A DNA stretch of 50,328 bases from a virus (taxonomy: Duplodnaviria; Caudoviricetes), in the IMG/VR virus record IMGVR_UViG_3300037200_000052, positions 1-50,328 of that record; one strand, given 5' to 3'. The translations under genes and the position numbers were made by a program. Positions 33,484 to 43,479 of this stretch are shown piece after piece; positions within the stretch are counted from its first letter, which is position 1, and each line of letters opens with the position of its first letter. The notes beneath the pieces were generated by a model. It was not told where the DNA came from, did not search any database, and worked only from the letters and a program-made list of their open reading frames with translations.

Positions 33484-33501
33484 AGTGCGTAATTACGCAC
33501 T
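33484..33501. promoter_or_regulatory. Perfect 18-bp palindrome (operator-like)
   Basis: AGTGCGTAATTACGCACT, also at 14798-14815. Confidence 0.7.
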
Positions 33502-33510
33502 AGAGACGAA

Positions 33511-33551
33511 GCGGGGCCAGCCCTATTGGACTGACCCCACGGCGCTTTTTT
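33511..33551. terminator. Putative intrinsic terminator
   Basis: GGGGCCAGCCC-TATT-GGACTGACCCC hairpin with a T-run, between the late and replication operons. Confidence 0.55.
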
Positions 33552-33584
33552 GATTTTGGTTTAACCGTGTTCGCTTCGATGCGA

Positions 33585-34292
33585 CTACAGATTGACCTTG
33601 AAATCCAGACCGCCCACGTAGACCTCTCCGGAGATGTCAGTACGTTTGCCGATACCGGCATTCAGGCCGAACTCGAATGTATCCGTCTTGTCCTTGTAGA
33701 GACCCAAGGCGAGGCCTGCCGCTGCTTCCCCGACGATCTTGGTGCTCTCCTTCCCAAAGCCAACACCAGAGCCTACAAAGCCCCAAGGCGTCGCGCTGAC
33801 GTTGGCTAGCCATGCCGGTAGTTTGCTGGCATAACCGATGAGCGGATGAGTCGGTAGTTGCAACGTCAGTTGTCCACCCCCGTAGGTCGGAAGGTCGTTG
33901 AGATATTCAGCGTGCACCCCGACGATCACTTGTGGGCTGACGGCGTATCCAAGCATGGCGATACCTCCAAACTGACTGCCGCTGGCCGCGTGGGGCGCGT
34001 AGAGGCCATCCACTGCAAACACCCAGTTCGTTGCGCCTGACTCGGCTCCGGCGATGATGGCGTCAATGCCAGTAGGGGCTGGGTTGGTTGCTGGCGGTGT
34101 ATTGGTCTGCCCATACGACTTGCCAATCCCGAGTGTGACCAGTAACAGGGCGATGAGGAGGCCGTCCTTCAGGTGCTTTTGTCGCATTGCCCGCCGCTGG
34201 AGCAAATGCTTCAAAGATATTTTCACACATAGCAGTTCTTTCAAACTCAACACTACCACACAAAGCCACACGACAATTTCAATCCACTTCAT
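33585..34292 (-). CDS. Putative outer-membrane beta-barrel protein
   Basis: Signal-like LLIALLLVTLGIGKSYG|QTN, alternating Gly/aromatic strands, C-terminal YVGGLDFKVNL. Start may be 34187. Confidence 0.65.
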   Translation of the reverse strand: MKWIEIVVWLCVVVLSLKELLCVKISLKHLLQRRAMRQKHLKDGLLIALLLVTLGIGKSYGQTNTPPATNPAPTGIDAIIAGAESGATNWVFAVDGLYAPHAASGSQFGGIAMLGYAVSPQVIVGVHAEYLNDLPTYGGGQLTLQLPTHPLIGYASKLPAWLANVSATPWGFVGSGVGFGKESTKIVGEAAAGLALGLYKDKTDTFEFGLNAGIGKRTDISGEVYVGGLDFKVNL

Positions 34293-34534
34293 TTCTGTTT
34301 CTCCTTTTTGGTTAGTGCGCTTCGTAACACTGCATTACGGTTTTTCGGAAGTGGTGTACCAAGAGTTTGATTTGGTTTCAACTCCAACTTGGTGACATGC
34401 CACTGTTCTGTTCTGTGACAGTGCTCCCAGTTCTCGCCATTGTACTTCCAATCCCAAGAATATGGGTCTAGCCACTCGCCGCAGCTACAACGCCACGTTT
34501 TCTTAGAACCCGGAATTACCTGCATCATCCGCAT
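34289..34534 (-). CDS. Small Cys/His-containing hypothetical protein
   Basis: WRCSCG...WEHCH; AAGGAG upstream. Confidence 0.6.
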   Translation of the reverse strand: MRMMQVIPGSKKTWRCSCGEWLDPYSWDWKYNGENWEHCHRTEQWHVTKLELKPNQTLGTPLPKNRNAVLRSALTKKEKQK

Positions 34535-34546
34535 TCTCCTTTCGGT

Positions 34547-34693
34547 TTACTTGTTGTGGAGGATACCAAGGTCAATCCCGCCAGCGCCAGCCTCAAAATG
34601 GAACCGGAGGCCGACCAGCCAGCACAGGGCTACGACCACGATGACGATCAATACGAATACAACGAACTTGTTTGCGAAGATTCTTGCCCACAT
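34547..34693 (-). CDS. Small single-pass membrane protein (48 aa)
   Basis: MWARIFANKFVVFVLIVIVVVALCWLVGL; AAGGAG upstream. Confidence 0.55.
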   Translation of the reverse strand: MWARIFANKFVVFVLIVIVVVALCWLVGLRFHFEAGAGGIDLGILHNK

Positions 34694-34694
34694 G

Positions 34695-35048
34695 TTACTT
34701 ACTCCTTCTTGTTGACCATCGAAACAGCTTCAGGCCATTTCTCTTTAACTGCTTCTCGAACGTCCACAGAATTGCCACGAGCGCAGCCAATCCACCGAGG
34801 TAATACTTCTGGCGCTGTTCGCTCTGCGTCAGGTGATTCTGTACCAGCCTGTCCACGCTATTCGTCATTTGCGATACCGCGCACCATACGGCCTTGTCGC
34901 AATCCCAAATACCAAGTATCGCATTCGTGCTCACAGCATCCACATCGGCCCGTATCCGGTGGCTGTCCTGAAGACAGCTACTTCCAAGCAGGCAGAGAGC
35001 CGCTAACACCCATATAAAACTCTGGCCTCGCATGTCCGTCCGTTTCAA
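34695..35048 (-). CDS. Putative lipoprotein with C-terminal TM helix (u-spanin-like topology)
   Basis: VLAALCLLGSSC; YYLGGLAALVAILWTF followed by a basic tail. Confidence 0.5.
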   Translation of the reverse strand: MKRTDMRGQSFIWVLAALCLLGSSCLQDSHRIRADVDAVSTNAILGIWDCDKAVWCAVSQMTNSVDRLVQNHLTQSEQRQKYYLGGLAALVAILWTFEKQLKRNGLKLFRWSTRRSK

Positions 35049-35172
35049 CGGTCGTGTTCCATCCGTTCGGTAGCATCGACTTTGCTGTCTGACAACCGCT
35101 ACTTGACAACAGGAACAGCAGGAGGCAACACAGGGGCAGCAGTTGTATCCGCTTGAACGGTCTTTTTGGCAT
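34978..35172 (-). CDS. Small putative lipoprotein
   Basis: LLLFLLSSSGC lipobox-like; overlaps both neighbours. Confidence 0.5.
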   Translation of the reverse strand: MPKRPFKRIQLLPLCCLLLFLLSSSGCQTAKSMLPNGWNTTVETDGHARPEFYMGVSGSLPAWK

Positions 35173-35569
35173 TCGCTCCTCGTTGGGCCAACGGTGTTAC
35201 ATTCTGGACGCCCTTCAAGTTTTCAAGAATCATCACGATTGGCGAAAGCCACGGGTACTTCGCCTCGTAGCCGTCCAAAATCTTCGGGCCATACAATACG
35301 ACCAGACCGGCGATGGCAGGCCAGTACGTTGTGGCGAGATTCCAAAGGACGACCAACCAATGCCAAGAGACGGTAAAGGTGAAGCTCGGCACCGTGAAAG
35401 TGAAGTTCGTGCTCACAGCGGCCACCGGCGGCGCGGAAATTGGCACTGTGGCGACCGCGACGCTGCTTGTCACCTGCGCCCACACGACGGCATGCCAAAT
35501 AAATACGAACGCCGCAACCATCAGTATCAGTGTGGGCAATCGTTCGATAAGACTGTGTAATCGTTTCAT
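35099..35569 (-). CDS. Membrane protein (holin-like)
   Basis: N-terminal hydrophobic segment plus further TM segments; GGAGG upstream. Confidence 0.55.
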   Translation of the reverse strand: MKRLHSLIERLPTLILMVAAFVFIWHAVVWAQVTSSVAVATVPISAPPVAAVSTNFTFTVPSFTFTVSWHWLVVLWNLATTYWPAIAGLVVLYGPKILDGYEAKYPWLSPIVMILENLKGVQNVTPLAQRGANAKKTVQADTTAAPVLPPAVPVVK

Positions 35570-35657
35570 CTTCTCATCCTCCAGTTAAATGCCGCACGCT
35601 GTCAAGTCGGACAAGGCCGTCCCTCGTTCACCCCGCAAGACCATACGCGCGGCAAAG

Positions 35658-37766
35658 TTAATCGCTCCCCATCCATCCGTTCGATCCTGTACTCGGTCGG
35701 TTCGTGCCACCCCGCGTGACCGTGATGCCCGGAAGCCATGAGAAAGCCGTGGTCAGATTAGACCCATTCCCATAAATAGACGAGCTTGGCGACACCTGAT
35801 AGTTGTTCAGGATCGTGTTTGTCTGGTTCGGGCCATATGTCACTGATACAAAACCCGGGTTTAGGTTCGTGCCATGTGTTTCCCACCCGTTGGCTTGCAA
35901 CGAACCCAGATTCATTGGGCCTCCTATGCCCGGAGGATTGGCCGAGCCGTTGAAGTATAGATACGACGATGGCGTGTTGCTAACATTGTAGAAATCATCG
36001 TGGTCGAATGCCAGCGAGTTCGTTCCGCCCGGAGGAGCATTGGTGAACCCGGCGCTCATCAGGTCGTCTGGTGGCGCTTCCTGCTCGTACACAATGTTGT
36101 TGGCTGTGAATGTGCGCTGTGACGGGCCGAGGCATTCAAAGTTGAACGGTTGCGGCGGCGCGGTCTGTCCGGGATCTCCCACCGTCTGGAATATCATCGG
36201 GTTGTACCACTCGACGACGGTATTGTTGATCACCCTGAAATAGTGGTTCGTAACCGTGTATCCGTCGATGGAATCGTATAAGTAGCCGTCCGACACGGAA
36301 TTATCCACCAGCAAGTTGTTGTAAATGTTCAAGCTGGTCGAGCCGGTACAATGGATGACACCAGAAGCTAGTCCACCGTCCACGTTCCCGTTGTCGGCAT
36401 AGAACGTATTGGCATACACGTCCATGTTGCTTCCCTCAAGAAACGGGTTAGCACTTCCACCAGCCGCCGCGCTTGGGGAACCCCTGGAGTAGATCGCATT
36501 GGAGTGCCAGTTACCAGACTCCGCACAGTTGGTGCTCGGCCCCCATGTTCCGGTCACAACTTCCGTATTATAGAACGTATTGTTGTGGATGAAGTAGGCG
36601 TCTCGGTAAGGCGAGAATACACCGTCGGGCGATGAAATCGGCATGTCGATTGTCCAATTGAATGACCAAAGGAATTGGCAGGCTACGACCGTGATATTTG
36701 ACGAGCCTTGAACGGTTCCCAATTCCAAGGCGGTAGGAGCGAAGGTGAACACGTCGTTGCTGACAATGATATTCAGGAAGTCTTTGGCTGTGTAACAAGC
36801 TCCCTGCGGGCTGTAGCACTCCCCGGCGTAACCGATGTTGTGGAAGTAGCAATTCTCGACCGTCACGTTGGTCTGACCGACCGGGCAGTCAATACCCCAG
36901 GATGGATTGAGGGGCGAGCCTGTGCTGACCTCGATATTTGTGATCGTACCACCTACCGGCCCAATCTCCAGATTGTTGAATACGATGTTGCTAAAACCGT
37001 TTGGAGAATAAAAAGCGGCCAGCATGTTACTGCCATAATTGTCGGTGATGACCGCTCGGTTGGTGGTGATCCCCCAAGCGTTGGTGCTGGTGTACGTTAT
37101 CGGATTTCCCGTCGTGCCACTCCACTTGACCGCAATACCGGCTGTCTCCGCGCTGCCGATGTTGGGAGCCGTTAAAACGTAGTTTTCGCCGCCTTTGAAA
37201 TAGACGACATTTCCGGCGGTCAAAGTCGCATTGCTGGCTGTTTCAGTCGCCTTCGGATCGCCCGGACAATGCTTCCACGCCGTGGCGATGTTCGTACCCG
37301 CCAGCGAGTCTGATCCGCCAACGTAGTCAATGTAATACCCTTGCCCTGTCAGATTGGTATTCCCCCCGGTGCTCACAACGTTCGTGGTGATGACCGTCCC
37401 CGGCGGAAACTGTACCGTGAAATTGGTCTGACCCGGCGCTGAGAGCGATAGCATAAAGCTCATGGACGCGCCTGCCGCGAGCGTCTTGACCGCCGTGGAG
37501 TACGAGGTCAGATCGAGAGGGATGTTGAAGAAGGCGGTTTTGTTCGACATGATTAGGCTACCTGAGTTGGTGGTTGCTGCTCCCCATTGAATCCCTTGGC
37601 TGTTTCCGATCCTCACGAATCCCGATGGCCCAATAGTGTTCGTCACCGTGACCCATGGGCCTTTGGGCGATGTTGCTATCTGGATGGCGTTGGTTTGACC
37701 GTTCACACAAGCTGCGAACCCAATCAACAAGACGGCGAAGAGGATGGCGGTTCTGAGGCATCTCAT
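35658..37766 (-). CDS. Exported right-handed beta-helix (pectate-lyase-fold) protein, candidate depolymerase
   Basis: Signal MRCLRTAILFAVLLIGFAACVNG|Q; YYIDYVGGSDS.AGT...AWKHCPG; repeated NNTFY/NNLLV/NNIVY coils. Confidence 0.75.
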   Translation of the reverse strand: MRCLRTAILFAVLLIGFAACVNGQTNAIQIATSPKGPWVTVTNTIGPSGFVRIGNSQGIQWGAATTNSGSLIMSNKTAFFNIPLDLTSYSTAVKTLAAGASMSFMLSLSAPGQTNFTVQFPPGTVITTNVVSTGGNTNLTGQGYYIDYVGGSDSLAGTNIATAWKHCPGDPKATETASNATLTAGNVVYFKGGENYVLTAPNIGSAETAGIAVKWSGTTGNPITYTSTNAWGITTNRAVITDNYGSNMLAAFYSPNGFSNIVFNNLEIGPVGGTITNIEVSTGSPLNPSWGIDCPVGQTNVTVENCYFHNIGYAGECYSPQGACYTAKDFLNIIVSNDVFTFAPTALELGTVQGSSNITVVACQFLWSFNWTIDMPISSPDGVFSPYRDAYFIHNNTFYNTEVVTGTWGPSTNCAESGNWHSNAIYSRGSPSAAAGGSANPFLEGSNMDVYANTFYADNGNVDGGLASGVIHCTGSTSLNIYNNLLVDNSVSDGYLYDSIDGYTVTNHYFRVINNTVVEWYNPMIFQTVGDPGQTAPPQPFNFECLGPSQRTFTANNIVYEQEAPPDDLMSAGFTNAPPGGTNSLAFDHDDFYNVSNTPSSYLYFNGSANPPGIGGPMNLGSLQANGWETHGTNLNPGFVSVTYGPNQTNTILNNYQVSPSSSIYGNGSNLTTAFSWLPGITVTRGGTNRPSTGSNGWMGSD

Positions 37767-37818
37767 GGGGTCTCCGGTTGAGTTGCAGGCGCGAAGGCGA
37801 TGATGAGATAACAGCGAA

Positions 37819-38151
37819 TCATCTTGGCCTTGGTTCCGGCTTGTCGGTGGCCTGATGTGCGGCGAGTTGCAATGCAACTAAGTTTTGATTCTCGGCAACA
37901 TGGTCAACCTTTTCGCCAAGTTCTTTCACGTCGGCTTTCGTGGCGAGGGTGTTGGCCATTTCCAGCCTGAGAGAGGCTATGTCTTTCACGGCGTTCGTGA
38001 CCTGCTCACTGTTCTTTTCAATGTCCGTGCGACAATCGGTGAGCATTCCCCAAATGACAATCGCCAGAGCCGCTATGAGCGCGGCGATGATGGAACACGC
38101 TATACCGAGCGCCCATTTAAGCGTGATGTTGTTCTTTTCTCCGTCGCCCAT
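37819..38151 (-). CDS. Single-TM coiled-coil membrane protein
   Basis: WALGIACSIIAALIAALAIVIWGML followed by heptads. Confidence 0.65.
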   Translation of the reverse strand: MGDGEKNNITLKWALGIACSIIAALIAALAIVIWGMLTDCRTDIEKNSEQVTNAVKDIASLRLEMANTLATKADVKELGEKVDHVAENQNLVALQLAAHQATDKPEPRPR

Positions 38152-38185
38152 TTTTTCCTTAGCGTTAAAAAGAGATGTTCACCCG

Positions 38186-39583
38186 TTAGAACAAAATGTA
38201 TCCGCCCCCCATCAGCACCGTGATGTTCGGGGTCAACACCGTTACGATTCCGATACCCAAGACGTTCGAGTAGATGTCCGTCGCCTGCGTATAGGAATTC
38301 AGTGCGACCTGTTGTGTGGTTCCCTCTTTCGTACAGGCGAACGTGATCTCGTTTGACCCGGACCCAAAGGAGAACGCCCATACATTGCCGTTGGTGACGA
38401 CGCCGGATGCCGTCTTGTTGCCGATCCACGCCGCCGTGTAGGACGCCGCTCGTTGTTCGGTGGTCGGGTAGAAAACCTCATTTGAGAAGCTCCCGGTATA
38501 GGTGTACAGGTACGGCACGCCACCGGGATTGAAGTTGAAGCTCGTCGCTCCACCCGCGCGCGCCATGATCATCTCCTTGGCGAGTCGTTGAGGTGGGACT
38601 CCGGTGTTGTTGGCGTATGATGTTCCAAATTCATCAATCCGCACCGGCATGTTGCTGGGAATAATCGTGTAGACGTAATTCAGGTATTGATAAATGTTCC
38701 CTGGATACCAACCGGATGGACAACTGGTTGGGCAGAAGTCCACCATGGCCACGAGCGGGTCTAAATCCGCCGGGGCATACAGATGCACGTTCATGCAATC
38801 CGCGTTCGTCAAAATACCAAGTGCAACCAAGTCGGTCATCTGGTTCGTGGCAGGCCCGGTAAAATCTCCCCAAGCGAGTTGCACACCGTTTGTCCGCGCT
38901 CCCTGGCACGCGCGGTAAATCTGCATCTGGAACGCTTCCGAGAACGTACCGGCTGATGGCCCCACCGATACCGGCTGGTTCGTGGCTGCAAACGGCTCAT
39001 TGCGTACCACGACCCACGCCAGCCCATTCGTGACTCCGTTCCCGGTAACGGTGTGATATGCACCCGTCGAGTACCTCGCTACAAACCACTCTACGAAATT
39101 TGCCAGCGCCGCCGCGTAGTGGTTGGTGTCCAGATTGGTAGCCCACGCCGGGTCGGCCAAAGGATTGTTCGTGTATGCCGAACACACCCAGACGACGCCA
39201 AGTTGCATGTTAAACTTGCAGCCCCACACCATCTGAGAGTCCGCCCCGCTCGCCCCCTCGAATGTGTTCGATCCATTGGGCTGGATTTGTGACCATGCCA
39301 AAGACGTATTAGCCAGTGCACCCGAGTACCCGAATGTCCCATACATGCTTCCGAATCCCCAGGTTGGCCAGTAGAGATATTGCCCGAATGTGTCCTGTGC
39401 CGAACCGGGTAGTCCGCCGGAATCCTGACCATCCCAGCTCGCTGATGCCCCGTACCAAGGATACTGACCGATGGACAGCGGCATCTGCGGAGGTGGAAGA
39501 GGTATCCAGCCTGTCATCTGCACTTGAGCACAGGCAGACAGGCAGAGAGCGCAGAGGGCGAGGATGGATAAGTGCAGGCGCAT
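38186..39583 (-). CDS. Exported clan GH-A glycoside hydrolase (GH5/GH39-like)
   Basis: Signal or lipobox (LCLSAC-AQ); acid/base RNEP, NVHLY, nucleophile VRIDEFG. Confidence 0.75.
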   Translation of the reverse strand: MRLHLSILALCALCLSACAQVQMTGWIPLPPPQMPLSIGQYPWYGASASWDGQDSGGLPGSAQDTFGQYLYWPTWGFGSMYGTFGYSGALANTSLAWSQIQPNGSNTFEGASGADSQMVWGCKFNMQLGVVWVCSAYTNNPLADPAWATNLDTNHYAAALANFVEWFVARYSTGAYHTVTGNGVTNGLAWVVVRNEPFAATNQPVSVGPSAGTFSEAFQMQIYRACQGARTNGVQLAWGDFTGPATNQMTDLVALGILTNADCMNVHLYAPADLDPLVAMVDFCPTSCPSGWYPGNIYQYLNYVYTIIPSNMPVRIDEFGTSYANNTGVPPQRLAKEMIMARAGGATSFNFNPGGVPYLYTYTGSFSNEVFYPTTEQRAASYTAAWIGNKTASGVVTNGNVWAFSFGSGSNEITFACTKEGTTQQVALNSYTQATDIYSNVLGIGIVTVLTPNITVLMGGGYILF

Positions 39584-42500
39584 TAGAGGAGTCCGCTGGC
39601 TCCATAAATATGTGAATTGTAATTCGTCCCCGCTGGCGTAGGAATAGTTGCCTGCCAGTCATTGGAGCCGGTCAGGTTTCTCAGCAGATTCCAATCGGGT
39701 GGCACGCTCTTCACCGCATTCGTGACCGTCTGCAACGTGTCCGCCCGAGTCCCCGGCAGGTAGTAGCTCATATTCTCGTTGGTTTCAAACCCGCCAAAAA
39801 TCACTGTATACGAATCGCCATTCGTGCCACTCACTCCGTTAGCATTTGGATTGGAAAGAGCCCACGAGTTGACAGCAAACGGGATGCCCGTCGAACAGGC
39901 TATAGATGCGTTGTCCCCCTGATTGTTGATGCCCAAATCCCACGCATCGCCATAAAAGTAGCAGCCATTAAGCACAATGGTGTAGTTGGCCGCGATGGCG
40001 TTTCCGTGGAACGCGCCGATGCTGGCAATCTGTTGCGTCTCTCCGCCGGAATAATTTTCGACATTACCAATCTTGCAATTGTTGATGTAGATATTCTGGT
40101 TTCCACTCACAATCGGGATGGCTTTTACCTTTGACGGCGCGGGCTGCTCGTTCATCTGAATCTGCGCATGCATCCCGTTGATGTAGACCCACTGAGAATA
40201 GGCTATCCCAAAAAGCTGCGAGTTTAAATTGGTGTTATACCCGGAAAGGAAAATCGCCTGTATGTTCCAGTCGCCGTTAACTTGCAGATTAGTGCAGTTC
40301 TGGAACGACATGGCTTCACCGATGGCGGATGCGGAGGAATTCCAATACGAAAATATCTGCGGCTGATAAGAATTCACGACCACCCCGGTCAATCCATCAA
40401 AAGTCAGGATGGTATTCGTGAGGGTGTAAGTCCCACCGTTCACGTAGCCTACATCCCCAGTCGTAAGCGAGTTCGTCCAAGCCGTTATGTTGTTGCTAAA
40501 TAGCAACGTCTGGCCATTACGCCAGATGGAGCAACCAATTGGAAGGCTCGGCAGCAGATTGGTGATGCTGGTATTGTTGGCGAAGGTCAGGGAGTTGGTT
40601 GCTGATGATGTGCCCGTTGTCTCAAATTCCCCCGCCACCGCCGCACCAAGCGCGTTGGCATTATTGGTGTACCAAGTGGCGTTCGGGCCAACTCCGTTGG
40701 TGGACGTAAAAAGCCATCCATTCGTATAGGTAGCGGCAACAACAGCGGCAAAACCACCAACATTTGTAAGTTCAGAGCCGGATATCACAAACGTATTATA
40801 ATTTGACCCGGCTCCCTGCAATAGCCACCAGTACGTTGCTGGTGATTTTTCTTTGACTCCAAGCAACGCAGACAATACTCCGGGAAATACTCCCGAAACT
40901 TGATTGAACACTCCCGTTAAAGACGCTGAAGCGAAACCCGTTGCAATCGCGGAAGTTATCTCAGCAAATGGAACACCCCCGATTGTCACTGCACCCACAG
41001 TCCCGAATACTGCCGAACCCGTGGTGTTCGTCGAACCCGCCACCAGATTAGTCGTTGCGACCCCGCTCAATGCTCCGGCGTTCGTGCTGATGGCCGAAGC
41101 CAATGCCCCTGTCGAAACTATTGGACTAGTGCCTGAGGTATCAGCGGAGAACACCGTCGTTGTCGGGCTGGTGGCAGCCACGAGAACGCCGTTTGAGCCA
41201 ATAGCGGACTGAGTGACCGCGCTGACGATGCTCGTGGGAAAGTAGGTGTTTCCGACCTGTCCCGTACCGCCTTGTGTCAACGTGAACCCGGTTCCAAAAG
41301 CCACGGTTGAATTGGTGACCGGCGTTGCTGACGTAGGAATCGGGATGTACATCTGCTGAACCGGGCCGTCTACATGAATCGGCAGATACATCGTGCTACC
41401 CTGAGCCAAGGTGAACCCGTTGCTGCCCGGCCCTTTGAATGTCCAGCCACTCACGTTGCCAGCAAATACGAAGTTCACCACCACATTATTTGTAGGACTT
41501 ACCGGGGCATACAGATAAAGCTCTTCGGATAACGTAGACGGTGGCTCATTGGAGAATACATAGGTCACGGGAGACGCGCTTAATCCTGTCGTGTTCGTCA
41601 CAACCTTCTCAAGATTGCCAATGACGTTTATCAACTGCGAATTCGTAGAGCCGTCATGGAGTCCGGCAAAGAAAGACAGATTCGTGGTCTGGATTGGGCC
41701 GCCCCCGAAAGCGTTCAACCCGACTTCCAGTACATTGCTTACAACAGTCACCGTCGCGCCCGCAAGACCGACGCCGCCCGTAACGGAATTGAACACCCCA
41801 AGTTGCACCAACTCATTCGAGTCCACCAGTTGATTGGCGGGTGTGAGAGCGCCGTTCTTGTCGTAGAATACCCATGCGACGTTTGTTCCCTCATTAAACA
41901 CGAGTGAGTTCTCATAGTTAAAGCTGCCCGCGTTTCCGTTTTTGGAACCGAAGTTTGCTATGGGAGAGCTTAATGCCGCTGACCAGAGAGTATCGTTGCT
42001 GATGATGAGGTTTTGACCGGAGTCGAATAACAGCCCATTCAGCAGCGTCAACGCGGTCAACTTGGTCACCCCGGATTGGCCGTTCGTGATAACCCCCGGT
42101 GTGGCGCTGGCTGTAAACGTATAACCGTTCTGGGCGTCCGGGCCGGTGACTCCCACCGTGGAGCTTGGGTGAATAGTTTGCACTATGTTCGTGAGACCGT
42201 TGGCGTTACCATTCGCCAGCGCCGCTAAGGTCGCATTCGTCGGGACGATCCCTATGGATTGCAGGTAGGGAATGGATGCGTAGGCCACTTTGCCGGTGTA
42301 GAAACTGGGCGCACCCAAGGCCAGATTCGTGATGATGAGACTGGCATCGCCATTGGTCACCCCACCCGAACCCGTCTGCGTGATGTTGTTGACGATGGTT
42401 GTGCCGGAGCCTCCGACCGGAACCGTTCCCCCTGAATTAGTGACAGTTCCAAATGTAGCCCATGTAGACCAGTCATTGCTGACGATGAGGGAATACCCGT

Positions 42501-42882
42501 TGGAAACACTCATGCTCACCGTGGCGCTGCTGATGGTGGCGTTGAACGAAGCCGGGGAGGAAGCCAGACCAAAGCTCTGATTGAGGGAATTGGTGATGGC
42601 ATTGAACAGATTGATTGCCCCTTGATTGACGGTATTGGTCAACTGCATCTGGTTCCCTCGTACCGGGGAGTTGGTCCACTGCAACTGAAACCCGTTCACG
42701 GTCAAAGTGCCGTTGGTGGGCGCGGGATTCGTTATGGTCAGGCTTATCGTGGCCACTTGTCCAGTGACGATACTGATGGCCTGAAACGCAGTGATCGAGC
42801 CCACATTGACATGCAGGAAGTCGGCTCCAAAAACGGATGCCGACCAAAGGATAATCAACAGGATTGATAGGCGTGTTTTCAT
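39583..42882 (-). CDS. Large tail fibre/spike-like protein with signal peptide (1099 aa)
   Basis: MKTRLSILLIILWSASVFG|A; G/T/N/S-rich fibre-like body and a beta-helix-like C-terminus. Confidence 0.7.
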   Translation of the reverse strand: MKTRLSILLIILWSASVFGADFLHVNVGSITAFQAISIVTGQVATISLTITNPAPTNGTLTVNGFQLQWTNSPVRGNQMQLTNTVNQGAINLFNAITNSLNQSFGLASSPASFNATISSATVSMSVSNGYSLIVSNDWSTWATFGTVTNSGGTVPVGGSGTTIVNNITQTGSGGVTNGDASLIITNLALGAPSFYTGKVAYASIPYLQSIGIVPTNATLAALANGNANGLTNIVQTIHPSSTVGVTGPDAQNGYTFTASATPGVITNGQSGVTKLTALTLLNGLLFDSGQNLIISNDTLWSAALSSPIANFGSKNGNAGSFNYENSLVFNEGTNVAWVFYDKNGALTPANQLVDSNELVQLGVFNSVTGGVGLAGATVTVVSNVLEVGLNAFGGGPIQTTNLSFFAGLHDGSTNSQLINVIGNLEKVVTNTTGLSASPVTYVFSNEPPSTLSEELYLYAPVSPTNNVVVNFVFAGNVSGWTFKGPGSNGFTLAQGSTMYLPIHVDGPVQQMYIPIPTSATPVTNSTVAFGTGFTLTQGGTGQVGNTYFPTSIVSAVTQSAIGSNGVLVAATSPTTTVFSADTSGTSPIVSTGALASAISTNAGALSGVATTNLVAGSTNTTGSAVFGTVGAVTIGGVPFAEITSAIATGFASASLTGVFNQVSGVFPGVLSALLGVKEKSPATYWWLLQGAGSNYNTFVISGSELTNVGGFAAVVAATYTNGWLFTSTNGVGPNATWYTNNANALGAAVAGEFETTGTSSATNSLTFANNTSITNLLPSLPIGCSIWRNGQTLLFSNNITAWTNSLTTGDVGYVNGGTYTLTNTILTFDGLTGVVVNSYQPQIFSYWNSSASAIGEAMSFQNCTNLQVNGDWNIQAIFLSGYNTNLNSQLFGIAYSQWVYINGMHAQIQMNEQPAPSKVKAIPIVSGNQNIYINNCKIGNVENYSGGETQQIASIGAFHGNAIAANYTIVLNGCYFYGDAWDLGINNQGDNASIACSTGIPFAVNSWALSNPNANGVSGTNGDSYTVIFGGFETNENMSYYLPGTRADTLQTVTNAVKSVPPDWNLLRNLTGSNDWQATIPTPAGTNYNSHIYGASGLL

Positions 42883-42890
42883 GGTGTGTC

Positions 42891-43457
42891 CTACGGAGAT
42901 CCAAATCCGGTGGCGCCAAGCCAGCCGGCCAGCGTGCCGTTGATATACCACTCATACCGGCCCGTGGTGGAATTGAATATCATGGCTGTGCCGCTCGGGA
43001 TGGTTGACGGCGGCGGTGCCCCGCTTACGTCACCATGCGCGATACAGAGACAGGAAATCTGGCGCTCAAACTGATACGTCACTCCACCGGCTACCCATGT
43101 AGCCAGCACGCAAACGAACCCGGTGGCAGACAGATTCGTGGAAATGAATGTCGCCATCTGCGGGGTATTGCAGTTGAGTACCCCTAGGAATGTAATGCCA
43201 TCCCCCTGAAGCGTTAGGTTCGTCAGGGCGAGTTGGTTTGGGTTTGGAGGAGGCCCGGTTCCGCTGGGCTTGTCTACGATTACAACCTGCACGCTGATGC
43301 CCGCCGGTGGCGTATAGATGCCGTTCCCGCCATTGCTGAATTGCAGGGAGATCGGCACCCCCAGATCGTTCTGGTTGACAGTCAGAGACCCCGGCGACGT
43401 GGTGCTCGTCGGCGAGATGTAGAAATTCTCGGAATTCCAGTCCGGGTAGATCAGCAC
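42891..43457 (-). CDS. Putative baseplate/fibre-attachment protein (BppU-like)
   Basis: LTVNQNDLGVPISLQF pattern; position upstream of the fibre gene; AGGAGG upstream. Confidence 0.5.
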   Translation of the reverse strand: MLIYPDWNSENFYISPTSTTSPGSLTVNQNDLGVPISLQFSNGGNGIYTPPAGISVQVVIVDKPSGTGPPPNPNQLALTNLTLQGDGITFLGVLNCNTPQMATFISTNLSATGFVCVLATWVAGGVTYQFERQISCLCIAHGDVSGAPPPSTIPSGTAMIFNSTTGRYEWYINGTLAGWLGATGFGSP

Positions 43458-43479
43458 GGTCTAGCCTCCTTTCGGACGG

